Origin: Eledone cirrhosa
Taxonomy: Eukaryota
DNA length: 64,000 nt
Assembly (NCBI GenBank): GCA_964016885.1
Contig: OZ024741.1
Coordinates: forward strand, 262,880,001-262,944,000
Direction: 5' to 3'
A program made the position numbers and the translations under genes. The notes below the pieces were generated by a model, which saw only the letters and a program-made list of their open reading frames with translations, made no database searches and was not told where the DNA came from. Shown here piece by piece: positions 1-11,500 of this stretch; position 1 is the first letter of the stretch; every line of letters starts with the position of its first letter.

Positions 1-539
1 AGTGTTTCGACTTACGAGTATTTTGACTTACGAATGTTTTGACTTACGGGTGTTTCGGCTTACGAGTGTTTCGACTTACGAGTCTTTCGGCTTACGAGTG
101 TTTCGACTTACTAATGTTTGTACTTACGAGTGTTTCGGCGTACGAGTGTTTCGACTTCCGAGTGTTTCGACTTACGGGTGTTTTGACTTACGGGTGTTTC
201 GGCTTACGAGTGTTTTGACTTACGAGTGTTTTGACTTAAGGGTGTTTCGACTTACGAGTATTTTTGGCTTACGAGTGTTTCGACTTACGAGTGTTTTGAC
301 TTACGAGTGTTCTGATTTACGGATGTTTCGACATACGAGTGTTTTGACTTACGAGTGTTTCGACTTATGAGTGTTTCGACTTACGAGTGTTTCGACTTAC
401 GAGTGTTTCGGCTTATGATTGTTTCGACTTACGAGTGTTTTGAATTACGGTGTTTCAGCTTACGAGTGTTTCGGCTTACGAGTGTTTTGACTTACGGGTG
501 TTTTGACATACGAGTGTTTCGATACGAGTGTTCTGACTT

Positions 540-1270
540 ACGAGTGTTCTGACTTACGAGTGTTCCGACTTACGAGTGTTCCGACTTACGAGTGTTTCGG
601 CTTACGGGTGTTTCCTGCTTACGAGTGTTTCGACTTACGAGTGTTTTGACTTACGGTGTTTCGGCTTACGAGTGATTCGACTTACGAGTGTTTTGACTTA
701 CGGGTGTTTTGACTTACGGGTGTTGTGAATTACGAGTGTTCCCATTTACGAGTGTTTTGACTTACGGTGTTTCGGCTTACGAGTGATTCGACTTACGAAT
801 GTTTTGACTTACGGGTGTTTCGGCTTGCGAGTGTTTCGACTTACGAGTGTTTCGGCTTATGAGTGTTTCGACTTACTAATGTTTTTACTTACGAGTGTTC
901 TGACTTACGAGTGTTCCGACTTACGAGTGTTCCGACTTACGAGTGTTTCGGCTTACGAGTGTTTCTGGCTTACGAGTGTTTCGACTTACGAGTGTTTCGA
1001 CTTACGAGTGTTTTGACTTACGGTGTTTCGACTTACGAGTGATTCGACTTACGAGTGTTTTGACTTACGGGTGTTTTGACTTACGGGTGTTGTGAATTAC
1101 GAGTGTTCCGATTTACGAGTGTTTTGACTTACGGTGTTTCGGCTTACGAGTGATTCGACTTACGAATGTTTTGACTTACGGGTGTTTCGGCTTGCTAGTG
1201 TTTCGACTTACGAGTGTTTCGGCTTATGAGTGTTTCGACTTACTACTGTTTTTACTTACGAGTGTTTCGG
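540..1270. repeat. 367-bp (23-monomer) diverged tandem doublet, representative copy; recurs many times in the window
   Basis: The marker GTTGTGAATTACGAGTGTTCCGATTT and the MIRLTNV pseudo-ORFs come in pairs 367 bp apart: 783/1150, 6639/7006, 26433/26800, 34730/35097, 39923/40290, 54924/55291, 59235/59602. Confidence 0.88.
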
Positions 1271-2600
1271 CGTACGAGTGTTTTGACTTACGAGTGTTTC
1301 GACTTACGAGTGTTTCGAATTACGAGTGTTTCGGCTTACGTGAGATTCGACTTAAGAGTGTTCTGATTTACGAGTGTTCTGACTTGCGGGTGTTCTGATT
1401 TACGAGTGTTCCGACTTACGAGTGTTTCGGCTTATGAGTGTTTCGACTTACGAGTGTTTCGGCTTACGAGTGTTTCGACTTATGGGTGTTTCGACATACG
1501 AGTGTTTTGACTTACGGGTGTTTCGACTTAAGGGTGTTTCGACTTACGAGTATTTTTGGCTTACGAGTGTTTCGACTTACGAGTGTTTTGACTTACGAGT
1601 GTTCTGATTTACGGATGTTTCGACATACGAGTGTTTCGACTTACGAGTGTTTCGACTTATGAGTGTTTCGACTTACGAGTGTTTCGACTTACGAGTGTTT
1701 CGGCTTATGATTGTTTCGACTTACGAGTGTTTTGAATTACGGTGTTTCAGCTTACGGGTGTTTCGACATACGAGTGTTTTGACTTACGGGTGTTTTGACA
1801 TACGAGTGTTTCGATACGAGTGTTCTGACTTACGAGTGTTCTGACTTACGAGTGTTTTGACTTACGAGTGTTCTGACTTACGAGTGTTCCGACTTACGAG
1901 TGTTCCGACTTACGAGTGTTTCGGCTTACGAGTGTTTCCGGCTTACGAGTGTTTCGACTTACGAGTGTTTTGACTTACGGTGTTTCGGCTTACGAGTGAT
2001 TCGACTTACGAGTGTTTTGACTTACGGGTGTTTTGACTTACGGGTGTTGTGAATTACGAGTGTTCCGATTTACGAGTGTTTTGACTTACGGTGTTTCGGC
2101 TTACGAGTGATTCGACTTACGAATGTCTTGACTTACGGGTGTTTCGGCTTGCGAGTGTTTCGACTTACGAGTGTTTCGGCTTATGAGTGTTTCGACTTAC
2201 GAATGTTTTTACTTACGAGTGTTCTGACTTACGAGTGTTCTGACTTACGAGTGTTCTGACTTACGAGTGTTCTGATTTACGAGTGTTCCGACTTACGAGT
2301 GTTTCGGCTTACGAGTGTTTCGGCTTACGAGTGTTTCGACTTACGAGTGTTTCGACTTACGAGTGTTCCGACTTACGGGTGTTTCGACTTACGAGTTGTT
2401 TGGCTTACGGTGTTTCGGCTTACGAGTGTTTCGAGTTACGAGTGTTTTGACTTACGCGTGTTTTGACATACGAGTGTTTCGATACGAGTGTTCTGACTTA
2501 CGAGTGTTTTGACTTACGAGTGTTCTGACTTACGAGTGTTCCGACTTTACGAGTGTTTCGGCTCACGAGTGTTTCGGCTTACGAGTGTTTCGACTTACGA

Positions 2601-2677
2601 AAATAACAAATAGACGCGGTTTCAAATTTCTATGATTTTCAAATTCATTACATTAATCTTTATTTATACGTTTCGCT
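2601..2677. other. Non-satellite AT-rich island, copy 1 (~77 bp; the last ~8 bp may be a degenerate monomer)
   Basis: AAATAACAAATAGACGCGGTTTCAAATTTCTATGATTTTCAAATTCATTACATTAATCTTTATTTATACGTTTCGCT interrupts the array between TTACGA (2595-2600) and TTACGA (2678-2683). Confidence 0.97.
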
Positions 2678-5559
2678 TTACGAGTGTTTCGACTTACGAG
2701 TGTTTCGACATACGAGTGTTTCGACTTCCGAATGTTTTTGCTTAAGGGTGTTTCGACTTACGAATGTTTCGGCTTACGAGTGTTTCGGCTTACGAGTCTT
2801 CCGACTTAGGAGTGTTTCGGCTTACGAGTGTTTCCGGCTTACGAGTGTTTCGACTTACGAGTGTTTCGACTTTCGAGTGTTTTGACTTACGGTGTTTCGG
2901 CTTACGAGTGATTAGACTTACGAGTGTTTTGACTTACGTGTGTTTTGACTTACGGGTGTTGTGAATTACCAGTGTTCCGATTTACGAGTGTTTTGACTTA
3001 CGGTGTTTCGGCTTGCGAGTGTTTCGACTTACGAGTGTTTCGGCTTATGAGTGTTTCGACTTACTAATGTTTTTACTTACGAGTGTTTCGGCGTTCGAGT
3101 GTTTTGACTTACGAGTGTTTCGACTTACGAGTGTTTTGACTTACGAATGTTTTGACTTACGGGTGTTTCGGCTTACGGGTGTTTCGACTTACGAGTGTTT
3201 CGACTTATGAGTGTTTCGACTTACGAGTGTTCTGACTTACGAGTGTTCTGACTTACGAGTGTTCCGACTTACGAGTGTTTCGGTTTACGAGTGTTTCGAC
3301 ATACGAGTGTTTTGACTTACGGGTGTTTCGACTTACGGGTGTTTCGACTTACGAGTGTTTTGGCTTACGAGTGTTTCGACTTACTAATGTTTTTACTTAC
3401 GAGTGTTTCGGTGTACGAATGTTTTGACTTAAGGATGTTTCGACTTACGAGTGTTTCGACTTACGAGTGTTTCGGCTTACGTGAGTTTCGACTTAAGAGT
3501 GTTCTGATTTACGAGTGTTCTGACTTGCGGGTGTTCTGATTTACGAGTGTTCCGACTTACGAGTGTTTCGGCTTATGAGTGTTTCGACTTACGAGTGTTT
3601 CGGCTTACGAGTGTTTCGACTTATGGGTGTTTCGACTTAAGAGTGTTTTTACTTACGGTGTTTCGGCTTACGAGTGTTTCGACATACGAGTGTTTTGACT
3701 TACGGGTGTTTCGGCTTACGAGTGTTTCGACTTACGAGTGTTTCGGCTTACGAGTGTTTCGACTTACTAATGTTTTTACTTACGAGTGTTTCGGCGTACG
3801 AGAGTTTTGACTTTCGAGTGTTTCGACTTACGAGTGTTTTGACTTACGGGTGTTTCGGCTTATGAGTGTTTCTACTTACGAGTCTTTCGGCTTACGAGTG
3901 TTTCGACTTACTAATGTTTTTACTTGCGAGTGTTTCGGCGTACGACTGTTTCGACTTACGAGTGTTTCGACTTACGGGTGTTTTGACTTACGGGTGTTTC
4001 GACTTACGAGTGTTTCGACTTACGAGTGTTTTGACTTACGGGTGTTTCGACTTACGGATGTTTCGACATACGAGTGTTTCGGCTTACGAGTGTTTCGACT
4101 TACGAGTGTTTTGACTTACGGGTGTTTCGACTTACGAGTATTTTTGGCTTACGAGTGTTTTGACTTACGAGTGTTTCGACTTACGAGTGTTTCGACTTAC
4201 GAGTGTTTCGAATTACGAGTGTTTCGACTTACGAGTGTTTTGACTTACGAGTGTTTTGACTTACGGTGTTTCTGCTTACGAGTGTTTCGACTTACGAGTG
4301 TTATGACTTACGGGTGTTTTCACATACGAGTGTTTCGACTTACGAGTGTTTTGACTTACGGGTGTTTTGACATACGAGTGTTTCGATACGAGTGTTCTGA
4401 CTTACGAGTGTTCTGACTTACGAGTGTTCTGACTTACGAGTGTTTCGACATACGAGGGTTTTGACTTACGGGTGTTTCGACTTACGAGTGTTTTCACTTA
4501 CGAATGTTTTGACTTACGGGTGTTTCGGCTTACGAGTGTTTCGACTTACGAGTGTTTCGACTTACGAGTGTTTCGACTTACTAATATTTTTACTTACGAG
4601 TGTTTCGGCGTACGAGAGTTTTGACTTACGAGTGTTTCGACTTACGAGTGTTTCGACTTACGAGTATTTTGACTTACGAATGTTTTGACTTACGGGTGTT
4701 TCGGCTTACGAGTGTTTCGACTTACGAGTCTTTCGGCTTACGAGTGTTTCGACTTACTAATGTTTGTACTTACGAGTGTTTCGGCGTACGAGTGTTTCGA
4801 CTTCCGAGTGTTTCGACTTACGGGTGTTTTGACTTACGGGTGTTTCGGCTTACGAGTGTTTTGACTTACGAGTGTTTTGACTTAAGGGTGTTTCGACTTA
4901 CGAGTATTTTTGGCTTACGAGTGTTTCGACTTACGAGTGTTTTGACTTACGAGTGTTCTGATTTACGGATGTTTCGACATACGAGTGTTTTGACTTACGA
5001 GTGTTTCGACTTATGAGTGTTTCGACTTACGAGTGTTTCGACTTACGAGTGTTTCGGCTTATGATTGTTTCGACTTACGAGTGTTTTGAATTACGGTGTT
5101 TCAGCTTACGAGTGTTTCGGCTTACGAGTGTTTTGACTTACGGGTGTTTTGACATACGAGTGTTTCGATACGAGTGTTCTGACTTACGAGTGTTCTGACT
5201 TACGAGTGTTCCGACTTACGAGTGTTCCGACTTACGAGTGTTTCGGCTTACGGGTGTTTCCTGCTTACGAGTGTTTCGACTTACGAGTGTTTTGACTTAC
5301 GGTGTTTCGGCTTACGAGTGATTCGACTTACGAGTGTTTTGACTTACGGGTGTTTTGACTTACGGGTGTTGTGAATTACGAGTGTTCCGATTTACGAGTG
5401 TTTTGACTTACGGTGTTTCGGCTTACGAGTGATTCGACTTACGAATGTTTTGACTTACGGGTGTTTCGGCTTGCGAGTGTTTCGACTTACGAGTGTTTCG
5501 GCTTATGAGTGTTTCGACTTACTAATGTTTTGAATTACGGTGTTTCAGCTTACGAGTGT

Positions 5560-8500
5560 TTCGGCTTACGAGTGTTTTGACTTACGGGTGTTTTGACATA
5601 CGAGTGTTTCGATACGAGTGTTCTGACTTACGAGTGTTCTGACTTACGAGTGTTCTGACTTACGAGTGTTTCGACATACGAGGGTTTTGACTTACGGGTG
5701 TTTCGACTTACGAGTGTTTTCACTTACGAATGTTTTGACTTACGGGTGTTTCGGCTTACGAGTGTTTCGACTTACGAGTGTTTCGACTTACTAATATTTT
5801 TACTTACGAGTGTTTCGGCGTACGAGAGTTTTGACTTACGAGTGTTTCGACTTACGAGTGTTTCGACTTACGAGTATTTTGACTTACGAATGTTTTGACT
5901 TACGGGTGTTTCGGCTTACGAGTGTTTCGACTTACGAGTCTTTCGGCTTACGAGTGTTTCGACTTACTAATGTTTTTACTTACGAGTGTTTCGGCGTACG
6001 AGTGTTTCGACTTCCGAGTGTTTCGACTTACGGGTGTTTTGACTTACGGGTGTTTCGGCTTACGAGTGTTTTGACTTACGAGTGTTTTGACTTAAGGGTG
6101 TTTCGACTTACGAGTATTTTTGGCTTACGAGTGTTTCGACTTACGAGTGTTTTGACTTACGAGTGTTCTGATTTACGGATGTTTCGACATACGAGTGTTT
6201 TGACTTACGAGTGTTTCGACTTATGAGTGTTTCGACTTACGAGTGTTTCGACTTACGAGTGTTTCGGCTTATGATTGTTTCGACTTACGAGTGTTTTGAA
6301 TTACGGTGTTTCAGCTTACGAGTGTTTCGGCTTACGAGTGTTTTGACTTACGGGTGTTTTGACATACGAGTGTTTCGATACGAGTGTTCTGACTTACGAG
6401 TGTTCTGACTTACGAGTGTTCCGACTTACGAGTGTTCCGACTTACGAGTGTTTCGGCTTACGGGTGTTTCCTGCTTACGAGTGTTTCGACTTACGAGTGT
6501 TTTGACTTACGGTGTTTCGGCTTACGAGTGATTCGACTTACGAGTGTTTTGACTTACGGGTGTTTTGACTTACGGGTGTTGTGAATTACGAGTGTTCCGA
6601 TTTACGAGTGTTTTGACTTACGGTGTTTCGGCTTACGAGTGATTCGACTTACGAATGTTTTGACTTACGGGTGTTTCGGCTTGCGAGTGTTTCGACTTAC
6701 GAGTGTTTCGGCTTATGAGTGTTTCGACTTACTAATGTTTTTACTTACGAGTGTTCTGACTTACGAGTGTTCCGACTTACGAGTGTTCCGACTTACGAGT
6801 GTTTCGGCTTACGAGTGTTTCTGGCTTACGAGTGTTTCGACTTACGAGTGTTTCGACTTACGAGTGTTTTGACTTACGGTGTTTCGACTTACGAGTGATT
6901 CGACTTACGAGTGTTTTGACTTACGGGTGTTTTGACTTACGGGTGTTGTGAATTACGAGTGTTCCGATTTACGAGTGTTTTGACTTACGGTGTTTCGGCT
7001 TACGAGTGATTCGACTTACGAATGTTTTGACTTACGGGTGTTTCAGCTTGCTAGTGTTTCGACTTACGAGTGTTTCGGCTTATGAGTGTTTCGACTTACT
7101 ACTGTTTTTACTTACGAGTGTTTCGGCGTACGAGTGTTTTGACTTACGAGTGTTTCGACTTACGAGTGTTTCGAATTACGAGTGTTTCGGCTTACGTGAG
7201 ATTCGACTTAAGAGTGTTCTGATTTACGAGTGTTCTGACTTGCGGGTGTTCTGATTTACGAGTGTTCCGACTTACGAGTGTTTCGGCTTATGAGTGTTTC
7301 GACTTACGAGTGTTTCGGCTTACGAGTGTTTCGACTTATGGGTGTTTCGACATACGAGTGTTTTGACTTACGGGTGTTTCGACTTACGAGTGTTTTGACT
7401 TACGAATGTTTTGACTTACGGGTGTTTCGGCTTACGAGTGTTTCGACTTACGAGTGTTTCGGCTTACGAGTGTTTCGACTTACTAATGTTCTTACTTACG
7501 AGTGTTTCGGCGTACGAGAGTTTTGACTTACGAGTGTTTCGACTTACGAGTGTTTCGACTTACGAGTGTTTTGACTTACGAAAGTTTTGACTTACGGGTG
7601 TTTCGGCTTACGAGTGTTTCGACTTACGAGTCTTTCGGCTTACGAGTGTTTCGACTTACTAATGTTTTTACTTACGAGTGTTTCGGCGTACGAGTGTTTC
7701 GACTTACGAGTGTTTCGACTTACGGGTGTTTTGACTTACGGGTGTTTCGGCTTACGAGTGTTTTGACTTACGAGTGTTTTGACTTAAGGGTGTTTCGACT
7801 TACGAGTATTTTTGGCTTACGAGTGTTTCGACTTACGAGTGTTTTGACTTACGAGTGTTCTGATTTACGGATGTTTCGACATACGAGTGTTTCGACTTAC
7901 GAGTGTTTCGACTTATGAGTGTTTCGACTTACGAGTGCTTCGGCTTACGAGTGTTTCGACTTACGAGTATTTCGTCTTAAGAGTGTTTCGACGTACGAAT
8001 GTTTTGGCTTACGAGTGTTTCGGCTTATGAGTGTTTCGGCTTACGAGTGTTTCGACTTACGAGTGTTTCGGCTTACGAGTGTTTCAGTGTTTCGGCTTAC
8101 GTGTGTTTCGACTTACGAGTGTTTCGACTTACGACTGTTTCGGCTTACGAGTGTTTCGGCTTACGAGTGTTTCGGCTTACGAGTGTTTTGACTTACGAGT
8201 GTTTTGACTTACGATTGTTTGGCTTACGAGTGTTCTGACTTACGGGTGTTCTGACTTACGAGTGTTCCGACTTACGAGTGTTTCGGCTTATGAGGGTTTC
8301 GACTTACGAGTGCTTCGGCTTACGAGTGTTTCGACTTACGAGTGTTTCGGATTACGAATGTTTCGACTTACGAGTGTTTCGACTTACGAGTGTTTTGACT
8401 TACGGTGTTTCGGCTTACGAGTGTTTCGACATACGAGTGTTTTGACGTACGGGTGTTTCGACTTACGGGTCTTTCGACTTAAGAGTGTTTCGACTTACGA

Positions 8501-11500
8501 GCGCTTCGACTTACGAGTGTTTCGACTTACGAGTGTTTCGGCGTATGAGTGTTTTGACTTACGAGTGTTTCGACTTACGAGTGTTTCGACTTACGAGTGT
8601 TTCGAATTACGAGTGTTTCGACTTACGAGTGTTTTGACTTACGAGTGTTTTGACTTGCGGTGTTTCTGCTTACGAGTGTTTCGACTTACGAGTGTTATGA
8701 CTTACGGGTGTTTTCACATACGAGTGTTTCGACTTACGAGTGTTTTGACTTACGGGTGTTTTGACATACGAGTGTTTCGATACGAGTGTTCTGACTTACG
8801 AGTGTTCTGACTTACGAGTGTTCTGACTTACGAGTGTTTCGACATACGAGGGTTTTGACTTACGGGTGTTTCGACTTACGAGTGTTTTCACTTACGAATG
8901 TTTTGACTTACGGGTGTTTCGGCTTACGAGTGTTTCGACTTACTAATAATTTTACTTACGAGTGTTTCGGCGTACGAGAGTTTTGACTTACGAGTGTTTC
9001 GACTTACGAGTGTTTCGACTTACGAGTATTTTGACTTACGAATGTTTTGACTTACGGGTGTTTCGGCTTACGAGTGTTTCGACTTACGAGTCTTTCGGCT
9101 TACGAGAGTTTCGACTTACTAATGTTTTTACTTACGTGTGTTTCGGCGTACGAGTGTTTCGACTTCCGAGTGTTTCGACTTACGGGTGTTTTGACTTACG
9201 GGTGTTTCGGCTTACGAGTGTTTTGACTTACGAGTGTTTTGACTTAAGGGTGTTTCGACTTACGAGTATTTTTGGCTTACGAGTGTTTCGACTTACGAGT
9301 GTTTTGACTTACGAGTGTTCTGATTTACGGATGTTTCGACATACGAGTGTTTCGACTTACGAGTATTTCGACTTATGATTGTTTCGACTTACGAGTGTTT
9401 TGACTTACGGTGTTTCAGCTTACGAGTGTTTCGACTTACGAGTGTTTTGACTTACGGGTGTTTTGACATACGAGTGTTTCGATACGAGTGTTCTGACTTA
9501 CGAGTGTTCTGACTTACGAGTGTTCTGACTTACGAGTGTTCCGACTTACGAGTGTTCCGACTTACGAGTGTTTCGGCTTACGAGTGTTTCCGGCTTACGA
9601 GTGTTTCGACTTACGAGTGTTTCGGCTTACGTGAGTTTCGACTTAAGAGTGTTCTGATTTACGAGTGTTCTGACTTGCGGGTGTTCTGATTTACGAGTGT
9701 TCCGACTTACGAGTGTTTCGGCTTATGAGTGTTTCGACTTACGAGTGTTTCGGCTTACGAGTGTTTCGACTTATGGGTGTTTCGACTTAAGAGTGTTTTT
9801 ACTTACGGTGTTTCGGCTTACGAGTGTTTCGACATACGAGTGTTTTGACTTACGGGTGTTTCGGCTTACGAGTGTTTCGACTTACGAGTGTTTCGGCTTA
9901 CGAGTGTTTCGACTTACTAATGTTTTTACTTACGAGTGTTTCGGCGTACGAGAGTTTTGACTTTCGAGTGTTTCGACTTACGAGTGTTTTGACTTACGGG
10001 TGTTTCGGCTTATGAGTGTTTCTACTTACGAGTCTTTCGGCTTACGAGTGTTTCGACTTACTAATGTTTTTACTTACGAGTGTTTCGGCGTACGACTGTT
10101 TCGACTTACGAGTGTTTCGACTTACGGGTGTTTTGACTTACGGGTGTTTCGGCTTACGAGTGTTTCGACTTACGAGTGTTTTGACTTACGGGTGTTTCGA
10201 CTTACGAGTATTTTTGGCTTACGAGTGTTTCGACTTACGAGTGTTTTGACTTACGAGTGTTCTGATTTACGGATGTTTCGACATACGAGTGTTTCGGCTT
10301 ACGAGTGTTTCGACTTACGAGTGTTTTGACTTACGGGTGTTTCGACTTACGAGTATTTTTGGCTTACGAGTGTTTTGACTTACGAGTGTTTCGACTTACG
10401 AGTGTTTCGACTTACGAGTGTTTCGAATTACGAGTGTTTCGACTTACGAGTGTTTTGACTTACGAGTGTTTTGACTTACGGTGTTTCTGCTTACGAGTGT
10501 TTCGACTTACGAGTGTTATGACTTACGGGTGTTTTCACATACGAGTGTTTCGACTTACGAGTGTTTTGACTTACGGGTGTTTTGACATACGAGTGTTTCG
10601 ATACGAGTGTTCTGACTTACGAGTGTTCTGAGTTACGAGTGTTCTGACTTACGAGTGTTTCGACATACGAGGGTTTTGACTTACGGGTGTTTCGACTTAC
10701 GAGTGTTTTCACTTACGAATGTTTTGACTTACGGGTGTTTCGGCTTACGAGTGTTTCGACTTACGAGTGTTTCGACTTACTAATATTTTTACTTACGAGT
10801 GTTTCGGCGTACGAGAGTTTTGACTTACGAGTGTTTCGACTTACGAGTGTTTCGACTTACGAGTATTTTGACTTACGAATGTTTTGACTTACGGGTGTTT
10901 CGGCTTACGAGTGTTTCGACTTACGAGTCTTTCGGCTTACGAGTGTTTCGACTTACTAATGTTTTTACTTACGAGTGTTTCGGCGTACGAGTGTTTCGAC
11001 TTCCGAGTGTTTCGACTTACGGGTGTTTTGACTTACGGGTGTTTCGGCTTACGAGTGTTTTGACTTACGAGTGTTTTGACTTAAGGGTGTTTCGACTTAC
11101 GAGTATTTTTGGCTTACGAGTGTTTCGACTTACGAGTGTTTTGACTTACGAGTGTTCTGATTTACGGATGTTTCGACATACGAGTGTTTTGACTTACGAG
11201 TGTTTCGACTTATGAGTGTTTCGACTTACGAGTGTTTCGACTTACGAGTGTTTCGGCTTATGATTGTTTCGACTTACGAGTGTTTTGAATTACGGTGTTT
11301 CAGCTTACGAGTGTTTCGGCTTACGAGTGTTTTGACTTACGGGTGTTTTGACATACGAGTGTTTCGATACGAGTGTTCTGACTTACGAGTGTTCTGACTT
11401 ACGAGTGTTCCGACTTACGAGTGTTCCGACTTACGAGTGTTTCGGCTTACGGGTGTTTCCTGCTTACGAGTGTTTCGACTTACGAGTGTTTTGACTTACG

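Noticed and set aside
109-460. Branch-point-like TACTAAT and acceptor-like TTTCAG variants on the + strand
   Set aside because: They are one or two substitutions from the consensus, are not properly spaced relative to each other, and lie on the opposite strand from the GTAAGT motifs.
600-670. Compensating +1/-1 indels (17-bp then 15-bp monomers) preserving 16-bp phase
   Set aside because: This is seen locally, but HOR lengths (367, 1011, 2742, 2794, 3506) are not multiples of 16, so phase is not conserved overall.
2595-2683. Island as a MITE/SINE with TTACGA target-site duplication
   Set aside because: It has no terminal inverted repeats, poly(A) tail, A/B boxes or Helitron hairpin. TTACGA is in every monomer, and the right junction GTTTCGCTTTACGA can be read as a degenerate monomer. 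It was not called as a mobile element.
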